Below are positions 54,838 to 63,723 of a stretch of 64,000 nt of DNA, in pieces; positions within the stretch are counted from its first letter, which is position 1, and the number at the start of each line of letters is the position of its first letter. The DNA is from a virus. The translations under genes and the position numbers were made by a program. The DNA is taken from the IMG/VR virus record IMGVR_UViG_3300020048_000024, positions 95,890 to 159,889 of that record. The stretch is one strand, 5' to 3'. The notes below the pieces were generated by a model. The model was not told the origin of the DNA. It made no database searches and was given only the letters and a program-made list of their open reading frames with translations.

Positions 54838-55067
54838 TATTTAATCCTTTTAGTTTCAATTACACCGTTACAATCAAAGTATCCTACCCGATTCGTGCCT
54901 TTTGGGCCGCCTACGTATTCACACCCTGTGCTTAACTCTACTTGTTTAACTTCTCGTTGCCATTCTCGAATATTATTGACGCCGTAAACGATTAAGGCGA
55001 TAATGACAACTATACTAGTTATCATCGCTATTGACCAACCAGGACTGACATCCCAATAAGCTCTCAT
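54837..55067 (-). CDS. small membrane protein
   Basis: AGGAG SD; one TM helix. Confidence 0.7.
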   Translation of the reverse strand: MRAYWDVSPGWSIAMITSIVVIIALIVYGVNNIREWQREVKQVELSTGCEYVGGPKGTNRVGYFDCNGVIETKRIK

Positions 55068-56419
55068 TCTTTTTCTCCTGTAAATGAATCACGAAAACGT
55101 ACAAATTCTGGAAATCGTAATGAATATGTACCTGTTTTATCTTGACTAATACTATCAGCTTCTACTTCAATAATTCTACCTATCAACGACTCACGAGCAT
55201 CCCAATATTCTTGACGTTCTACGTCTGAAAATCCTCCTCCAACATCGCTTCTGATAAATTTATCATCATCTTTGCCCTCACACACAAACGATCCAAGTCG
55301 ATCATAATTCTTCCCAGTACTTTTGCCTAGTTCAGCGCCGACAATCGTAAGATCAACTGTGATTTTAGGTTTCCACTTCATCCAAAATTTATTACGTTTA
55401 CATTCATACGGAGCACCTAGATTCTTAATCATAATACCCTCGTAGCCATCTTTTACACAATTTTGAGCATATTTTTTCATCTTAGTTCTACCACTGTCTG
55501 TATCTAAATCAACCATAATATGTTCTACTCTTTTAACATTAGGAATACATGAATCAATAATAGAATTAAATTTATCTAGAAGGTCTAATCGTTTGTACAA
55601 TTGAGGATTCCAATGACCACGTTTTAGCTCGTCAAACGGAATAATATCAAATACATGAAACACAGTGTCAGCGGCTAATTTTTGACCATCTTTCTTATGA
55701 ACCGCTCTCATCAATTGATTAAATGATTTTCCGACTACTTCTCCATCTAGAAAAAAATCAGAATGTCCAATAAGTTTATGAATATTTTCTAATTGATGTC
55801 CAATTTGAACTTCAATATGTTCAAAATTAGTAAATAATTTACCATTACGACTAAATGATTCAACATATGGGCTAAACGTCATTGGGTCCCATACACAGTG
55901 CATTAGTACACGAACCCCATCCAATTTAGGTTCTAGACGCATTTTTCCCTTCATTTCTGGTCGTCCTTCGCAGTTTGTTGCTAGTTGACAAGCAAATACT
56001 GGAATTTCATATTTTGTATTTTTACAGACTTTGTTAAATGTCTTGTCAGAAATTCCACTACGTAAATCTTTGCGTAATACAGCTACACACATTAGATTCC
56101 ATTCTTCGCTATCAAATTTCAAACTCATTGCTATAATGGCATCACGAGCTGCGTGTCCAGTAAGTAGTCTAAGACGAAGTTTATCCAATAATAAGATAAA
56201 CTCAGCCCAAGAATTTTCTTGACCGACTATATCAGTAGTTTCTTGAATCTGTTTAACCCCAAATGTAATCATTGGATCGTAGCATCGATTGACTAGAGTA
56301 AGAAATGTGTCAGCATTATGGTCGCCAAGAATGGCTAATTCATATGCTTGTTTAAACACATCTTCTTTGTGAAGTTTAGAGTTTGATTCGTTTAATTTTT
56401 TAATCCATCCAGCAGACAT
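55064..56419 (-). CDS. ATP-dependent DNA ligase (gp30-like)
   Basis: EPKLDGVR, FSRNGK, LDGEV, VFDII, GYEGIMIK, WMKWK, SLRFP. Confidence 0.96.
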   Translation of the reverse strand: MSAGWIKKLNESNSKLHKEDVFKQAYELAILGDHNADTFLTLVNRCYDPMITFGVKQIQETTDIVGQENSWAEFILLLDKLRLRLLTGHAARDAIIAMSLKFDSEEWNLMCVAVLRKDLRSGISDKTFNKVCKNTKYEIPVFACQLATNCEGRPEMKGKMRLEPKLDGVRVLMHCVWDPMTFSPYVESFSRNGKLFTNFEHIEVQIGHQLENIHKLIGHSDFFLDGEVVGKSFNQLMRAVHKKDGQKLAADTVFHVFDIIPFDELKRGHWNPQLYKRLDLLDKFNSIIDSCIPNVKRVEHIMVDLDTDSGRTKMKKYAQNCVKDGYEGIMIKNLGAPYECKRNKFWMKWKPKITVDLTIVGAELGKSTGKNYDRLGSFVCEGKDDDKFIRSDVGGGFSDVERQEYWDARESLIGRIIEVEADSISQDKTGTYSLRFPEFVRFRDSFTGEKE

Positions 56420-56441
56420 ATTAATCCTTTTATTATTATGC

Positions 56442-56470
56442 ATTATACTATAATAATCTTTTATTGTCAA
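56442..56470 (-). promoter_or_regulatory. sigma70-type promoter for ligase
   Basis: TTGACA-17-TATAAT on minus strand. Confidence 0.75.
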
Positions 56471-56569
56471 TTACTTTGGATAAATACAATATATATTTTC
56501 AATGAGTAATTATCATTGATAAATATTTATGAGTCGTAATTGACTCTTTACACAAAAAGGATAATTAAA

Positions 56570-56728
56570 TTGAAGAACATTACTCTAAATCTACCGGTTG
56601 ATGCCGTTAACGCTATTTTGCAAACTCTAGGTCAATTGCCAACATCGTCTGGTGCTTGGGTATTACTAGTTGAAATTAAAAAACAATTGGACGAACAGCA
56701 AGTTTCTGACGCTCCAGCAGAGGAATAA
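56570..56728 (+). CDS. small hypothetical protein (fiber-assembly-like)
   Basis: TTG start after AAGGA; VN.IL..LG.LP motif; ATAAATA upstream. Confidence 0.6.
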   Translation: MKNITLNLPVDAVNAILQTLGQLPTSSGAWVLLVEIKKQLDEQQVSDAPAEE

Positions 56729-56730
56729 TT

Positions 56731-57042
56731 ATGAAAATGACTATTACTTCATTGTCAGTAATGCCAGAACCGTTTCAGGATACTGTTACAATGTCAGGTT
56801 TCACAATTAGCGACACTCAAGATGGTTTAACTGGGTCAGTAAGTTACTCAGTAAATTTGTTGCCAGTTCCCGCTGATGATCCAAATTTCACTCCTTATGC
56901 TCAAGTGACTGAGCCTATGGCAATCGAATGGACTGTTGCTGCATTAGGTCCTGATCGTGTTGCTAGCATGGAAGCTGAAGTTCAGGCTCAGATCGATGCA
57001 CAAAAGATCGTAACTCCAGAGTCAACTCCACTTCCTTGGTAA
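56731..57042 (+). CDS. hypothetical protein, tail-fiber-associated type
   Basis: FTPY..VTE...I.W...ALG...P.PW; GAGGA SD. Confidence 0.75.
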   Translation: MKMTITSLSVMPEPFQDTVTMSGFTISDTQDGLTGSVSYSVNLLPVPADDPNFTPYAQVTEPMAIEWTVAALGPDRVASMEAEVQAQIDAQKIVTPESTPLPW

Positions 57043-57068
57043 GATTAATGATAGAGCTATAATTTGTT

Positions 57069-57374
57069 TTAAAGTGATACTACTTTAATTGTAGCTCTAT
57101 CTTTTAAATCTTTGACAAAACTTTCGTATACTCCGGAAGTGTATCCACTCATTCCTACTGAGTTCTTTCCACAGCGATAGACGCTACCACTATGATTATG
57201 AATCTCATAGTGAGTATCAGCATCAACAATCTTAGTGATACCTGAACTTAATTTCCAACTATCACTACCCAAGTAGCCACCGTACCAACTGGCTAATACT
57301 TTTCGATTAGCTTCTTCACTATCTTTTTCTTTAAATTCCAACACAACCCATAAATCTGGTGTATATGTACTCAT
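57069..57374 (-). CDS. conserved hypothetical phage protein
   Basis: YTPD.WV...KVLA.WYGGY..SDSWKL.SGI...SGS.Y.C. Confidence 0.8.
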   Translation of the reverse strand: MSTYTPDLWVVLEFKEKDSEEANRKVLASWYGGYLGSDSWKLSSGITKIVDADTHYEIHNHSGSVYRCGKNSVGMSGYTSGVYESFVKDLKDRATIKVVSL

Positions 57375-57375
57375 T

Positions 57376-57795
57376 TTAGTTCTCACTTTTAAATGTTGTT
57401 TCGCGTTCTGCTTGATGTTCGTCACACAATGTAACGATCCATCCACTTTGACGTAGTGATCCTGGTTTACCACAAGTTTCACAAATACGACCACTCATAC
57501 TTTCAGCAAACCAAATCATACCGTCAATCAGTCTGTCGCCCCCACTAGTGTAGAATCTTAATGTACCGAATTTTTCTTTAACTTGCTCTGCTACTAGTTG
57601 TGGAATTGGATTTGTTTCTGTACTATTATGATCAATATAATTTTGTATATTTCTACACAGTGTATCAATCAAATCATACCAACCATCACCGACTGACATA
57701 CCCCAATACATACATGATTCTGTCATATCTTTATCACGATTGACAAAAATCTTGGGATACGTTTCACTCAGTTGTTTGTCTAGTTCTGCTTTCAT
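57376..57795 (-). CDS. conserved hypothetical phage protein with Zn motif
   Basis: GDGW..LI, QVKEKFG.LRFY, CE.CG..G...W..TLC..H. Confidence 0.85.
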   Translation of the reverse strand: MKAELDKQLSETYPKIFVNRDKDMTESCMYWGMSVGDGWYDLIDTLCRNIQNYIDHNSTETNPIPQLVAEQVKEKFGTLRFYTSGGDRLIDGMIWFAESMSGRICETCGKPGSLRQSGWIVTLCDEHQAERETTFKSEN

Positions 57796-58001
57796 TCTTC
57801 AACTCCAAAGTCTTTTTTAATCCACATGGCACAGTCTTTAGCTAGAGCACCATCTCCCGAGAGTCCTGCACATTTAACCGCCATTTCTAAACAAATATTA
57901 GCACACTCATTGGCAATTGCTTTGGCAAACTTTTCTGAATCCAAATGCCAAATTTGATTATCCCAACATTGTCTTTGTAATTCGTTAATCTTCTCGTTCA
58001 T
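57792..58001 (-). CDS. hypothetical protein (paralog of 27910-28140)
   Basis: EKFA..I..ECA..C...IK..FGVEE. Confidence 0.75.
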   Translation of the reverse strand: MNEKINELQRQCWDNQIWHLDSEKFAKAIANECANICLEMAVKCAGLSGDGALAKDCAMWIKKDFGVEE

Positions 58002-58015
58002 AGTGTCTTTCATGA

Positions 58016-58234
58016 CTACCACTCACTCTCATAATCTTGTTCGTAAGTTTCGCTCATGTCAATAATATTTTCAAGACTGCCTCCACGTCTGATGTATGAT
58101 TTGCCACCATCAGTAAAGATAGCACCACATTTACACCAAACAAAGTCGTGTCCATGTGTACTTTCAATAATGTCCAAACACTTGGCACATTGACATTTGT
58201 TTACCACTACTACAGTTTTTGTTCTAGTTACCAT
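58016..58234 (-). CDS. small zinc-binding phage protein
   Basis: C..C.D.IES...HDF..C.CG....DGG..Y.RR. Confidence 0.8.
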   Translation of the reverse strand: MVTRTKTVVVVNKCQCAKCLDIIESTHGHDFVWCKCGAIFTDGGKSYIRRGGSLENIIDMSETYEQDYESEW

Positions 58235-58428
58235 GTTGAATAATCCGTTATGTTTACTGTTGTGTCATGGTCTGAAATATTCTTAAATATATCAAACTTG
58301 ACACATATTTGTGTGCCAATCCCTGACGAAGAATCTGTTGCAATTGCAAACCATTCTGTGTCTGGAAACTTTGCAGCAAGTTCTGCCAATTGTAGCACTT
58401 GTTTGCGACTTAGTGTAATATCACTCAT
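58228..58428 (-). CDS. hypothetical protein
   Basis: SSGIG...ITDY..W. Confidence 0.75.
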   Translation of the reverse strand: MSDITLSRKQVLQLAELAAKFPDTEWFAIATDSSSGIGTQICVKFDIFKNISDHDTTVNITDYSTW

Positions 58429-58523
58429 GTTATTCTCAATGTAAAAAGATGCTAGAACATACATTCTAACATCTTATTGATTAATTGTCAATGATATAGT
58501 AACTATATCATGATATTTTCTTA

Positions 58524-58808
58524 TTAAGAACCTGACTTGGTATCTTGATCTTGCCATGAATTAGAATTATAATCCCATGCACGACGATCATAAATATCCA
58601 CCGAGAACCCAAAACCAAATACTCGTAATTCAATGGTCGGGCCATCTGATGTGCTGCAATTTAGTTCAAAATTAAACAATGTTTGTGGCACTCGATCAAC
58701 ATTTATCTCGATTAATTTATTCCCACTTAAAACTCCATTGTAATTATAGTAATTAGAATAGACTCCTTTTGAAAAAGGATTAGCAATAGATAGTGTCATT
58801 TTTAACAT
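58524..58808 (-). CDS. hypothetical protein
   Basis: AAGGA SD; YD.R.WD motif. Confidence 0.75.
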   Translation of the reverse strand: MLKMTLSIANPFSKGVYSNYYNYNGVLSGNKLIEINVDRVPQTLFNFELNCSTSDGPTIELRVFGFGFSVDIYDRRAWDYNSNSWQDQDTKSGS

Positions 58809-58817
58809 ATTATTTCC

Positions 58818-59141
58818 TTAATTTTTAAAACGGGATAATTCCCAAATTGATGTTTCTAAAATGCCTTCTAGATCAGGGCACAGTTCTTTGAATTTCACTG
58901 TACTGACAATAGTATAACCCTTGAGCTGCTTGTGATTTATAATATCAGTCATGTTTCGTTCATTGTCTTGAAAATGCTTGATACGCATTTTCTTGTCACT
59001 TTTGCCCTCGAACGATACGTATGTATAATTACTGTCACCATTCAATCCATCATATCCATTCTTGTGCATCTCAATTACGCCCCATACTAGAGTATGATTT
59101 TTCTCTGGTTTAGTTCCGATCCATAGATATTTAATTTCCAT
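58818..59141 (-). CDS. WGR-like hypothetical protein
   Basis: VWG...K..KGY pattern. Confidence 0.6.
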   Translation of the reverse strand: MEIKYLWIGTKPEKNHTLVWGVIEMHKNGYDGLNGDSNYTYVSFEGKSDKKMRIKHFQDNERNMTDIINHKQLKGYTIVSTVKFKELCPDLEGILETSIWELSRFKN

Positions 59142-59355
59142 TATGTTCACATTCGTCTACTGGCATATCTAATGTAGCCTCTAATAATCTGATTAATTTA
59201 CGAACGTTATTTCCATCCATAGTCAAACTCATTGTAGTATTATTTACAACCATACTAAGCACAGTTCGACCATCATCAGTGGCACCCACGAAATAATTTC
59301 CACCACCCTCTTGAGGTCGAACTTCATCAACATCAATTGGTTTTTTTCGAAACAT
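59131..59355 (-). CDS. hypothetical protein (paralog of 21931-22224)
   Basis: AAGGAG SD; shared motif. Confidence 0.75.
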   Translation of the reverse strand: MFRKKPIDVDEVRPQEGGGNYFVGATDDGRTVLSMVVNNTTMSLTMDGNNVRKLIRLLEATLDMPVDECEHNGN

Positions 59356-59509
59356 CAGAATCTCCTTTAAGTTCAGTCATTGTAACAAATGTACAATTGC
59401 TATACATTTGTTCAAATTTATTACCGGCAGATTGATTAGTTTCTGCCGTTATTACTACGATTTTTTCTTTAAGAAAAGCATCTAAATAGCGTATCTCATA
59501 AGTTTTCAT
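59333..59509 (-). CDS. small hypothetical protein
   Basis: follows a TTGACT-17-TATAAT promoter near 59517-59545. Confidence 0.6.
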   Translation of the reverse strand: MKTYEIRYLDAFLKEKIVVITAETNQSAGNKFEQMYSNCTFVTMTELKGDSDVSKKTN

Positions 59510-59559
59510 AATAATATTATACATCAATTTTATATTATAGTCAATTAGAATGGATGAAT

Positions 59560-59715
59560 TCATTTATTTTGAAAACGAAATTCACGCTTCAGCCACCATT
59601 TATAGGTATTCCAATATTCAGTTGGCGATTTTGCATGATCACGATATGCCTCACATTCTTCTTTATGTCGATACCACATTTCTTGTACCCAAAGTCTAAA
59701 ATTGCTTGATTTCAT
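59560..59715 (-). CDS. small conserved hypothetical protein
   Basis: AAGGA SD; FR.WV...W...EYW..YKWWLKREF. Confidence 0.75.
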   Translation of the reverse strand: MKSSNFRLWVQEMWYRHKEECEAYRDHAKSPTEYWNTYKWWLKREFRFQNK

Positions 59716-59725
59716 AATTTTCCTT

Positions 59726-59989
59726 TTATGCCCATCTAAGAGCAAATAATGTGGCCACGCTTTCTTCCGCACATATACTCACCGTAAGATAATAAGTTAC
59801 GATAGCATTGGGACCTCTTGTACTTGTCTGTTCACCTTTCCATACATATGAAATGTTGTTTTTATTCAACCAATCATACACTTGATCCGCAAAAATTCTT
59901 AATGACTCATACTCACTACCCGCTCCTCGTGCTGTGTATTCAGTACAAGAATTCTGAATTATACTGCCTCTGCTTATAGTATAAGACAT
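59726..59989 (-). CDS. 'FxLRW' family, array 2
   Basis: ends EESVATLFALRWA. Confidence 0.8.
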   Translation of the reverse strand: MSYTISRGSIIQNSCTEYTARGAGSEYESLRIFADQVYDWLNKNNISYVWKGEQTSTRGPNAIVTYYLTVSICAEESVATLFALRWA

Positions 59990-59990
59990 A

Positions 59991-60194
59991 TTATGCCCAT
60001 CTTAGAGCAAATAGTACCGCATCTTGTTCTGAACCAAAGTGATAGCACATAGAATCATAACGTGATATGAACATAGGGTTTTTCTCTCCATTTGGCGTCA
60101 GTACAGATAGCCCTTCAAAACTGGGACAATTTTTCTCTGCCCACTTACAAGGATCACCGGAATACACTCGGTTGGGCGACAATTTGATTATCAT
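59991..60194 (-). CDS. 'FxLRW' family, array 2
   Basis: KWAEKNC...FGSEQDAVLFALRWA. Confidence 0.8.
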   Translation of the reverse strand: MIIKLSPNRVYSGDPCKWAEKNCPSFEGLSVLTPNGEKNPMFISRYDSMCYHFGSEQDAVLFALRWA

Positions 60195-60424
60195 TATGCC
60201 CATCTCAGTGCAAATAGTACCGCATCTTGTTCTTCTTTAAAATAGAAATAATATTCAGAATTTGATAGACCGTTATCACGATCATACGAAAAATCCCAAC
60301 ACCATCGCCCGAACCAATATTTACTATCACTATATCCAAACTTATCAGTACACCATGATCGTACCTCGTTAACATCAGCCGAATATTGATTGATTGCAAT
60401 CGAATGGTTAAATTCTGATTTCAT
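60194..60424 (-). CDS. 'FxLRW' family, array 2
   Basis: SWCTDKFG..RW...FYFKEEQDAVLFALRWA. Confidence 0.8.
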   Translation of the reverse strand: MKSEFNHSIAINQYSADVNEVRSWCTDKFGYSDSKYWFGRWCWDFSYDRDNGLSNSEYYFYFKEEQDAVLFALRWA

Positions 60425-60651
60425 GCCCATCTCAATAAAAATAATAGATAATCTCTTTCGTCTCTAAATCTAAAAACCCATCCGTTAATATACCATCTAG
60501 ACCAAGCATCTGGAGTTAAAGTATTAGGCCCAAATTGTTGTTCGCACCAGCATTTCTCATCATTCATGTTTGGCCATATATCGCCAGTATAAACAGATAA
60601 TACATCATATTCATACCACACACGATCAAAGTTATATTTTCCAGTTTTCAT
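60421..60651 (-). CDS. 'FxLRW' family, array 2
   Basis: CWCEQQFG..RW...FRFRDERDYLLFLLRWA. Confidence 0.8.
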   Translation of the reverse strand: MKTGKYNFDRVWYEYDVLSVYTGDIWPNMNDEKCWCEQQFGPNTLTPDAWSRWYINGWVFRFRDERDYLLFLLRWA

Positions 60652-60938
60652 GCCCATCTCAATAAGAACATTGTAAACCCACTCTCATTCTTGAATCTGA
60701 TACTTGATGTCGTGTTTCTGTGTTTGTATCTGCCATCAAATGATTTGAGTTCTTGATCAAATATTTGATGTAATCGTCTAGTAGTCCCTGTTGTTTGCTC
60801 ACCAGTTCCAAGACGAAACTCAAGATCATACAGTGTATGACAATGTTCCTCAAATTTTCTCCACCATTGATTGTGCGAATCATCAGGAGTCCACCAAGTT
60901 GGAACATCTACTGAATAGTATTTCGGTTCTTCGATCAC
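60648..60938 (-). CDS. 'FxLRW' family, array 2
   Basis: ends IRFKNESGFTMFLLRWA; GTG start. Confidence 0.75.
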   Translation of the reverse strand: MIEEPKYYSVDVPTWWTPDDSHNQWWRKFEEHCHTLYDLEFRLGTGEQTTGTTRRLHQIFDQELKSFDGRYKHRNTTSSIRFKNESGFTMFLLRWA

Positions 60939-61153
60939 ACTCACCTCAGTGCAAATAACACAGCATTCTCTTCATGTTTTACTCCAAACTTTATTAGACC
61001 GATCATAACCATGAGCCCTCAATTGGTTGCGAAAATCTCTGGTTGATTTATAAAATGTCCACCGGCTCAATATCTTGCGATGTAGTTTACGAAATAGTTT
61101 GATCATTTTTTAAATTTCACATAATGTAGGTTGGTACAGAGTAGATTGGTCAT
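60935..61153 (-). pseudogene. interrupted 'FxLRW' family slot (four in-frame TGA), or remnant containing a nested 44-aa ORF at 60972-61106
   Basis: MTNLLCTNLHYVKFKK*SNYFVNYIARY*AGG...TN*GLMV...HEENAVLFALR*V*. Confidence 0.55.
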
Positions 61154-61362
61154 GCCCATCTCAGTGCAAATAACACGGCATCTTCTTCACGCTCAAATTC
61201 AAACTGACCCTGTGTATAATAAAGCCACGTGGCAGTCTCGCCGCCACGATTATCAAAATGTTCGTGACACCAATCTATGGCGTCACACGAGTAAACAGGC
61301 CAACGATCTATACTGATTAGTGTCCAATTCTCAATGGGCGGACGATAAGGTTGAGATATCAT
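61150..61362 (-). CDS. 'FxLRW' family, array 2
   Basis: DWCHEHF...TW...FEFEREEDAVLFALRWA. Confidence 0.8.
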   Translation of the reverse strand: MISQPYRPPIENWTLISIDRWPVYSCDAIDWCHEHFDNRGGETATWLYYTQGQFEFEREEDAVLFALRWA

Positions 61363-61721
61363 TATACAGGCATCACAAATTCATCAACGTGCCGACACTT
61401 GGCACGAAACTTGAATCCGCTACAGCTACATGACACACGAGAGTTATTTTTCTCAATAGTGTATACTGACCCACTTGACGATTTTACTTGCCAACTATTA
61501 GCAGTATTTACTAATTTTGGTTCTACATATCCAAATGTATTTTTAACTTCTTTAAATTTGCGACGACGAATATCGAACGGAAGTGGTTTCTTGAACATTT
61601 CAAGTTTCTTTTTGCCAGCACGAATATAACCCAACATCTTATCTTTGCTATCTACTACTAGATAGGTATGATTGGGAATATCGGTTGCCCATTCGGTAAC
61701 TTCTTTCAAAAATTTACTCAT
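61362..61721 (-). CDS. SWIM zinc-finger protein
   Basis: SSG..Y.I......CSC.GF.FR..CRH. Confidence 0.8.
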   Translation of the reverse strand: MSKFLKEVTEWATDIPNHTYLVVDSKDKMLGYIRAGKKKLEMFKKPLPFDIRRRKFKEVKNTFGYVEPKLVNTANSWQVKSSSGSVYTIEKNNSRVSCSCSGFKFRAKCRHVDEFVMPV

Positions 61722-62134
61722 TTTGTTTTCTCAGCAATGTCTTTATAACCAGCCCATGACGGATGAATTCCATCGGGTTGTAATCGTGTAATAGGCAGAA
61801 CTGTGTCGCCGTAGTATTGAGCAAGATCAGTCACGATCTCTTGAATTTTTTCAATAGACACGCCACCTGCTGGATTATTACCTGCCGGCAATACCCAGAA
61901 TACATTCTTGGCCCCCACCCGTTGACGCATTTCAAAAAGCTCATCATAGGTTTTTACGCCCTTGTGATCGTTTGAGCCAAGCGAGATAATAACTGTATCG
62001 GCATAAAAACTGCCAGAATACATTCGATTAAACTGCCACGAATTAATTCCACCCTTGCCCTGTAGCTGGCATTCAGGCATGAACATTTTAGTGCCGACGG
62101 CAATTGAATCGCCAACAATCAAACATTCTAACAT
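61718..62134 (-). CDS. SGNH/GDSL hydrolase
   Basis: VGDSIA, SLGSND, DGIHP. Confidence 0.88.
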   Translation of the reverse strand: MLECLIVGDSIAVGTKMFMPECQLQGKGGINSWQFNRMYSGSFYADTVIISLGSNDHKGVKTYDELFEMRQRVGAKNVFWVLPAGNNPAGGVSIEKIQEIVTDLAQYYGDTVLPITRLQPDGIHPSWAGYKDIAEKTK

Positions 62135-62455
62135 TTACATACTCCAGTATGATTCAGAACTGGGTGAGCAAAAAGAAGGCGTATCATAGCGTTCTTGAAA
62201 TTCGTCGCCGCTCAGAATATTTTTACGAGTTACATAAGTTTCGTGTAATTCAACACGATAACCTTTACGATCAGAATATGTAGAGTGACTGATTAGAGCC
62301 ACATGAGCGTCTGCCGACTTTCGTGATACTACTACTGACAAATCGTATTTTTCGACCATATGTTCGCCAGATTTGCGACGAGCATCACGCTTGTAAATTT
62401 CAATCGTGAATTGTTTTTCGTCTTCTGGGAAAAATGCTGGATAGTTTCGTAACAT
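62135..62455 (-). CDS. hypothetical phage protein
   Basis: ends DTP..CSPSSESYWSM. Confidence 0.8.
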   Translation of the reverse strand: MLRNYPAFFPEDEKQFTIEIYKRDARRKSGEHMVEKYDLSVVVSRKSADAHVALISHSTYSDRKGYRVELHETYVTRKNILSGDEFQERYDTPSFCSPSSESYWSM

Positions 62456-62643
62456 TATACGGATTCCGTTTGTTCTAATTTGAGAATTTCTTTAGCCACG
62501 GTATTCAAAACCACGTACATGGCAGTTAGCATGGCAGGTTCGGTGGATAACATTGAGTGAGCGTATTCAAATGCCTCATCAAGTGAGTCACGATTAGCAA
62601 ACAAATTACAACGAATTTTACTGGCAAGTTGTTCTTTGGTCAT
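62455..62643 (-). CDS. hypothetical protein
   Basis: TAAGGA SD. Confidence 0.75.
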   Translation of the reverse strand: MTKEQLASKIRCNLFANRDSLDEAFEYAHSMLSTEPAMLTAMYVVLNTVAKEILKLEQTESV

Positions 62644-62659
62644 TTTAAATTTTCCTTAA

Positions 62660-62926
62660 TTATTCAAAGTATACTGAAAAGCGATTAGCAAATTGCTTAA
62701 CACAATCTTGCATCCGTTGATTACGAAAGCGACGATCAAGTGGGTTATTACGAGGGCCGCGATAACGAATACGAACTTTTTTGTCTTGTGCTTTGAAATA
62801 GGCACGAACTTGTGGCAAATATTCAATGGGAATATTCTTGTATGTAGCAAGTTCGCCTGTAGCTGGACAAGCAACTAAAATTGACTCAACAAAACGAGTA
62901 GCTTCTGAGCTTAAATTGATTTTCAT
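62660..62926 (-). CDS. basic early protein (paralog of 63022-63315)
   Basis: ATYKNIPI..LP.VRAYFKAQ...R.RGPR...KQFANRFSVYF. Confidence 0.8.
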   Translation of the reverse strand: MKINLSSEATRFVESILVACPATGELATYKNIPIEYLPQVRAYFKAQDKKVRIRYRGPRNNPLDRRFRNQRMQDCVKQFANRFSVYFE

Positions 62927-62933
62927 ATTTGCT

Positions 62934-63012
62934 TCCTTTTCTCTAGTGTATGTGTATATTATACAGGAATATGGATTTTTTGTCAAGAAATAGTGTTGTT
63001 TTTAAGCAACAC
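62934..63012 (-). promoter_or_regulatory. repeated early promoter cassette, copy C
   Basis: TGTTG-N8-CAACA; TTGACA-17-TATAAT; ATACACATACACTAGAGAAAAGGA. Confidence 0.9.
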
Positions 63013-63021
63013 TGTTGTATT

Positions 63022-63315
63022 TTACACAAAATACACTGAAAAACGATTAGCAAATTGCTTATTAGTATTCCATAATTGATCAGGGCGAGGGCCGCGAAAA
63101 CGAACACGAATTTTTTGATTCTGTGCTTTGAAATAGGCACGAACAAACGGCAAAACATCGATTGGAATGTTCTTGTATGTGGCACGTTCATCACGATCAC
63201 CCAGACAAACACGTAAAATCGACTCAACGTAGCGAAGACTAGATGGCATGCCAGATGAAATCAACTCAACAAAATGCTTAGTATTGGCGGCTTGCAAACT
63301 TGAAATAACGTTCAT
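63022..63315 (-). CDS. basic early protein (paralog of 62660-62926)
   Basis: shared motifs; own promoter cassette. Confidence 0.8.
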   Translation of the reverse strand: MNVISSLQAANTKHFVELISSGMPSSLRYVESILRVCLGDRDERATYKNIPIDVLPFVRAYFKAQNQKIRVRFRGPRPDQLWNTNKQFANRFSVYFV

Positions 63316-63323
63316 ATTCTCTG

Positions 63324-63401
63324 TCCTTTTCTCTAGTGTATGTGTATATTATACAGGAAATTGGATTTATTGTCAATAAAAAGTGTTGTTTTTACACAAC
63401 A
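63324..63401 (-). promoter_or_regulatory. repeated early promoter cassette, copy D
   Basis: same layout as copy C. Confidence 0.9.
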
Positions 63402-63404
63402 GAT

Positions 63405-63638
63405 TCAATTCAATGAAATATCAAGATTAGCACCTTCGGGACCAACTTCAAAGTCAATAATTCCCATGTATTCACAGTAGGGAGCGAGATCGTCTTCCGA
63501 ATCATAACCGTTGTCAGCCGCAAGTTGACATTCAGCCAATCGAGCCTCAGCTAATTTTAAAGTTGGGTAACAGCCTAGAATCTTATCACCGGAATTGCCC
63601 AGACCATTGTCGCCCATAACCATATAAATTTTAGACAT
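63405..63638 (-). CDS. acidic early hypothetical protein
   Basis: AAGGAG SD in cassette. Confidence 0.75.
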   Translation of the reverse strand: MSKIYMVMGDNGLGNSGDKILGCYPTLKLAEARLAECQLAADNGYDSEDDLAPYCEYMGIIDFEVGPEGANLDISLN

Positions 63639-63645
63639 TTACTGC

Positions 63646-63723
63646 TCCTTTTCTCTAGTGTATGTGTATATTATACAGGAATATGGATTTGTTGTCAATA
63701 AAAAGTGTTGTTTTTAAGCAACA
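63646..63723 (-). promoter_or_regulatory. repeated early promoter cassette, copy E
   Basis: same layout as copy C. Confidence 0.9.

Noticed and set aside
59726-61362. FALRWA tail as an ssrA-like ClpX degron
   Set aside because: Terminal residues vary (WA, WV, WK, WM, WGN) and lack the LAA end; the motif looks like a structural strand-helix.
62927-62986. N-terminal extensions MT(K/I)NPYSCIIYTYTREKE in the ORF track (62986, 63998)
   Set aside because: These are translations of the promoter cassette from the TTG of TTGACA; true starts follow the SD at 62926 and 63938.
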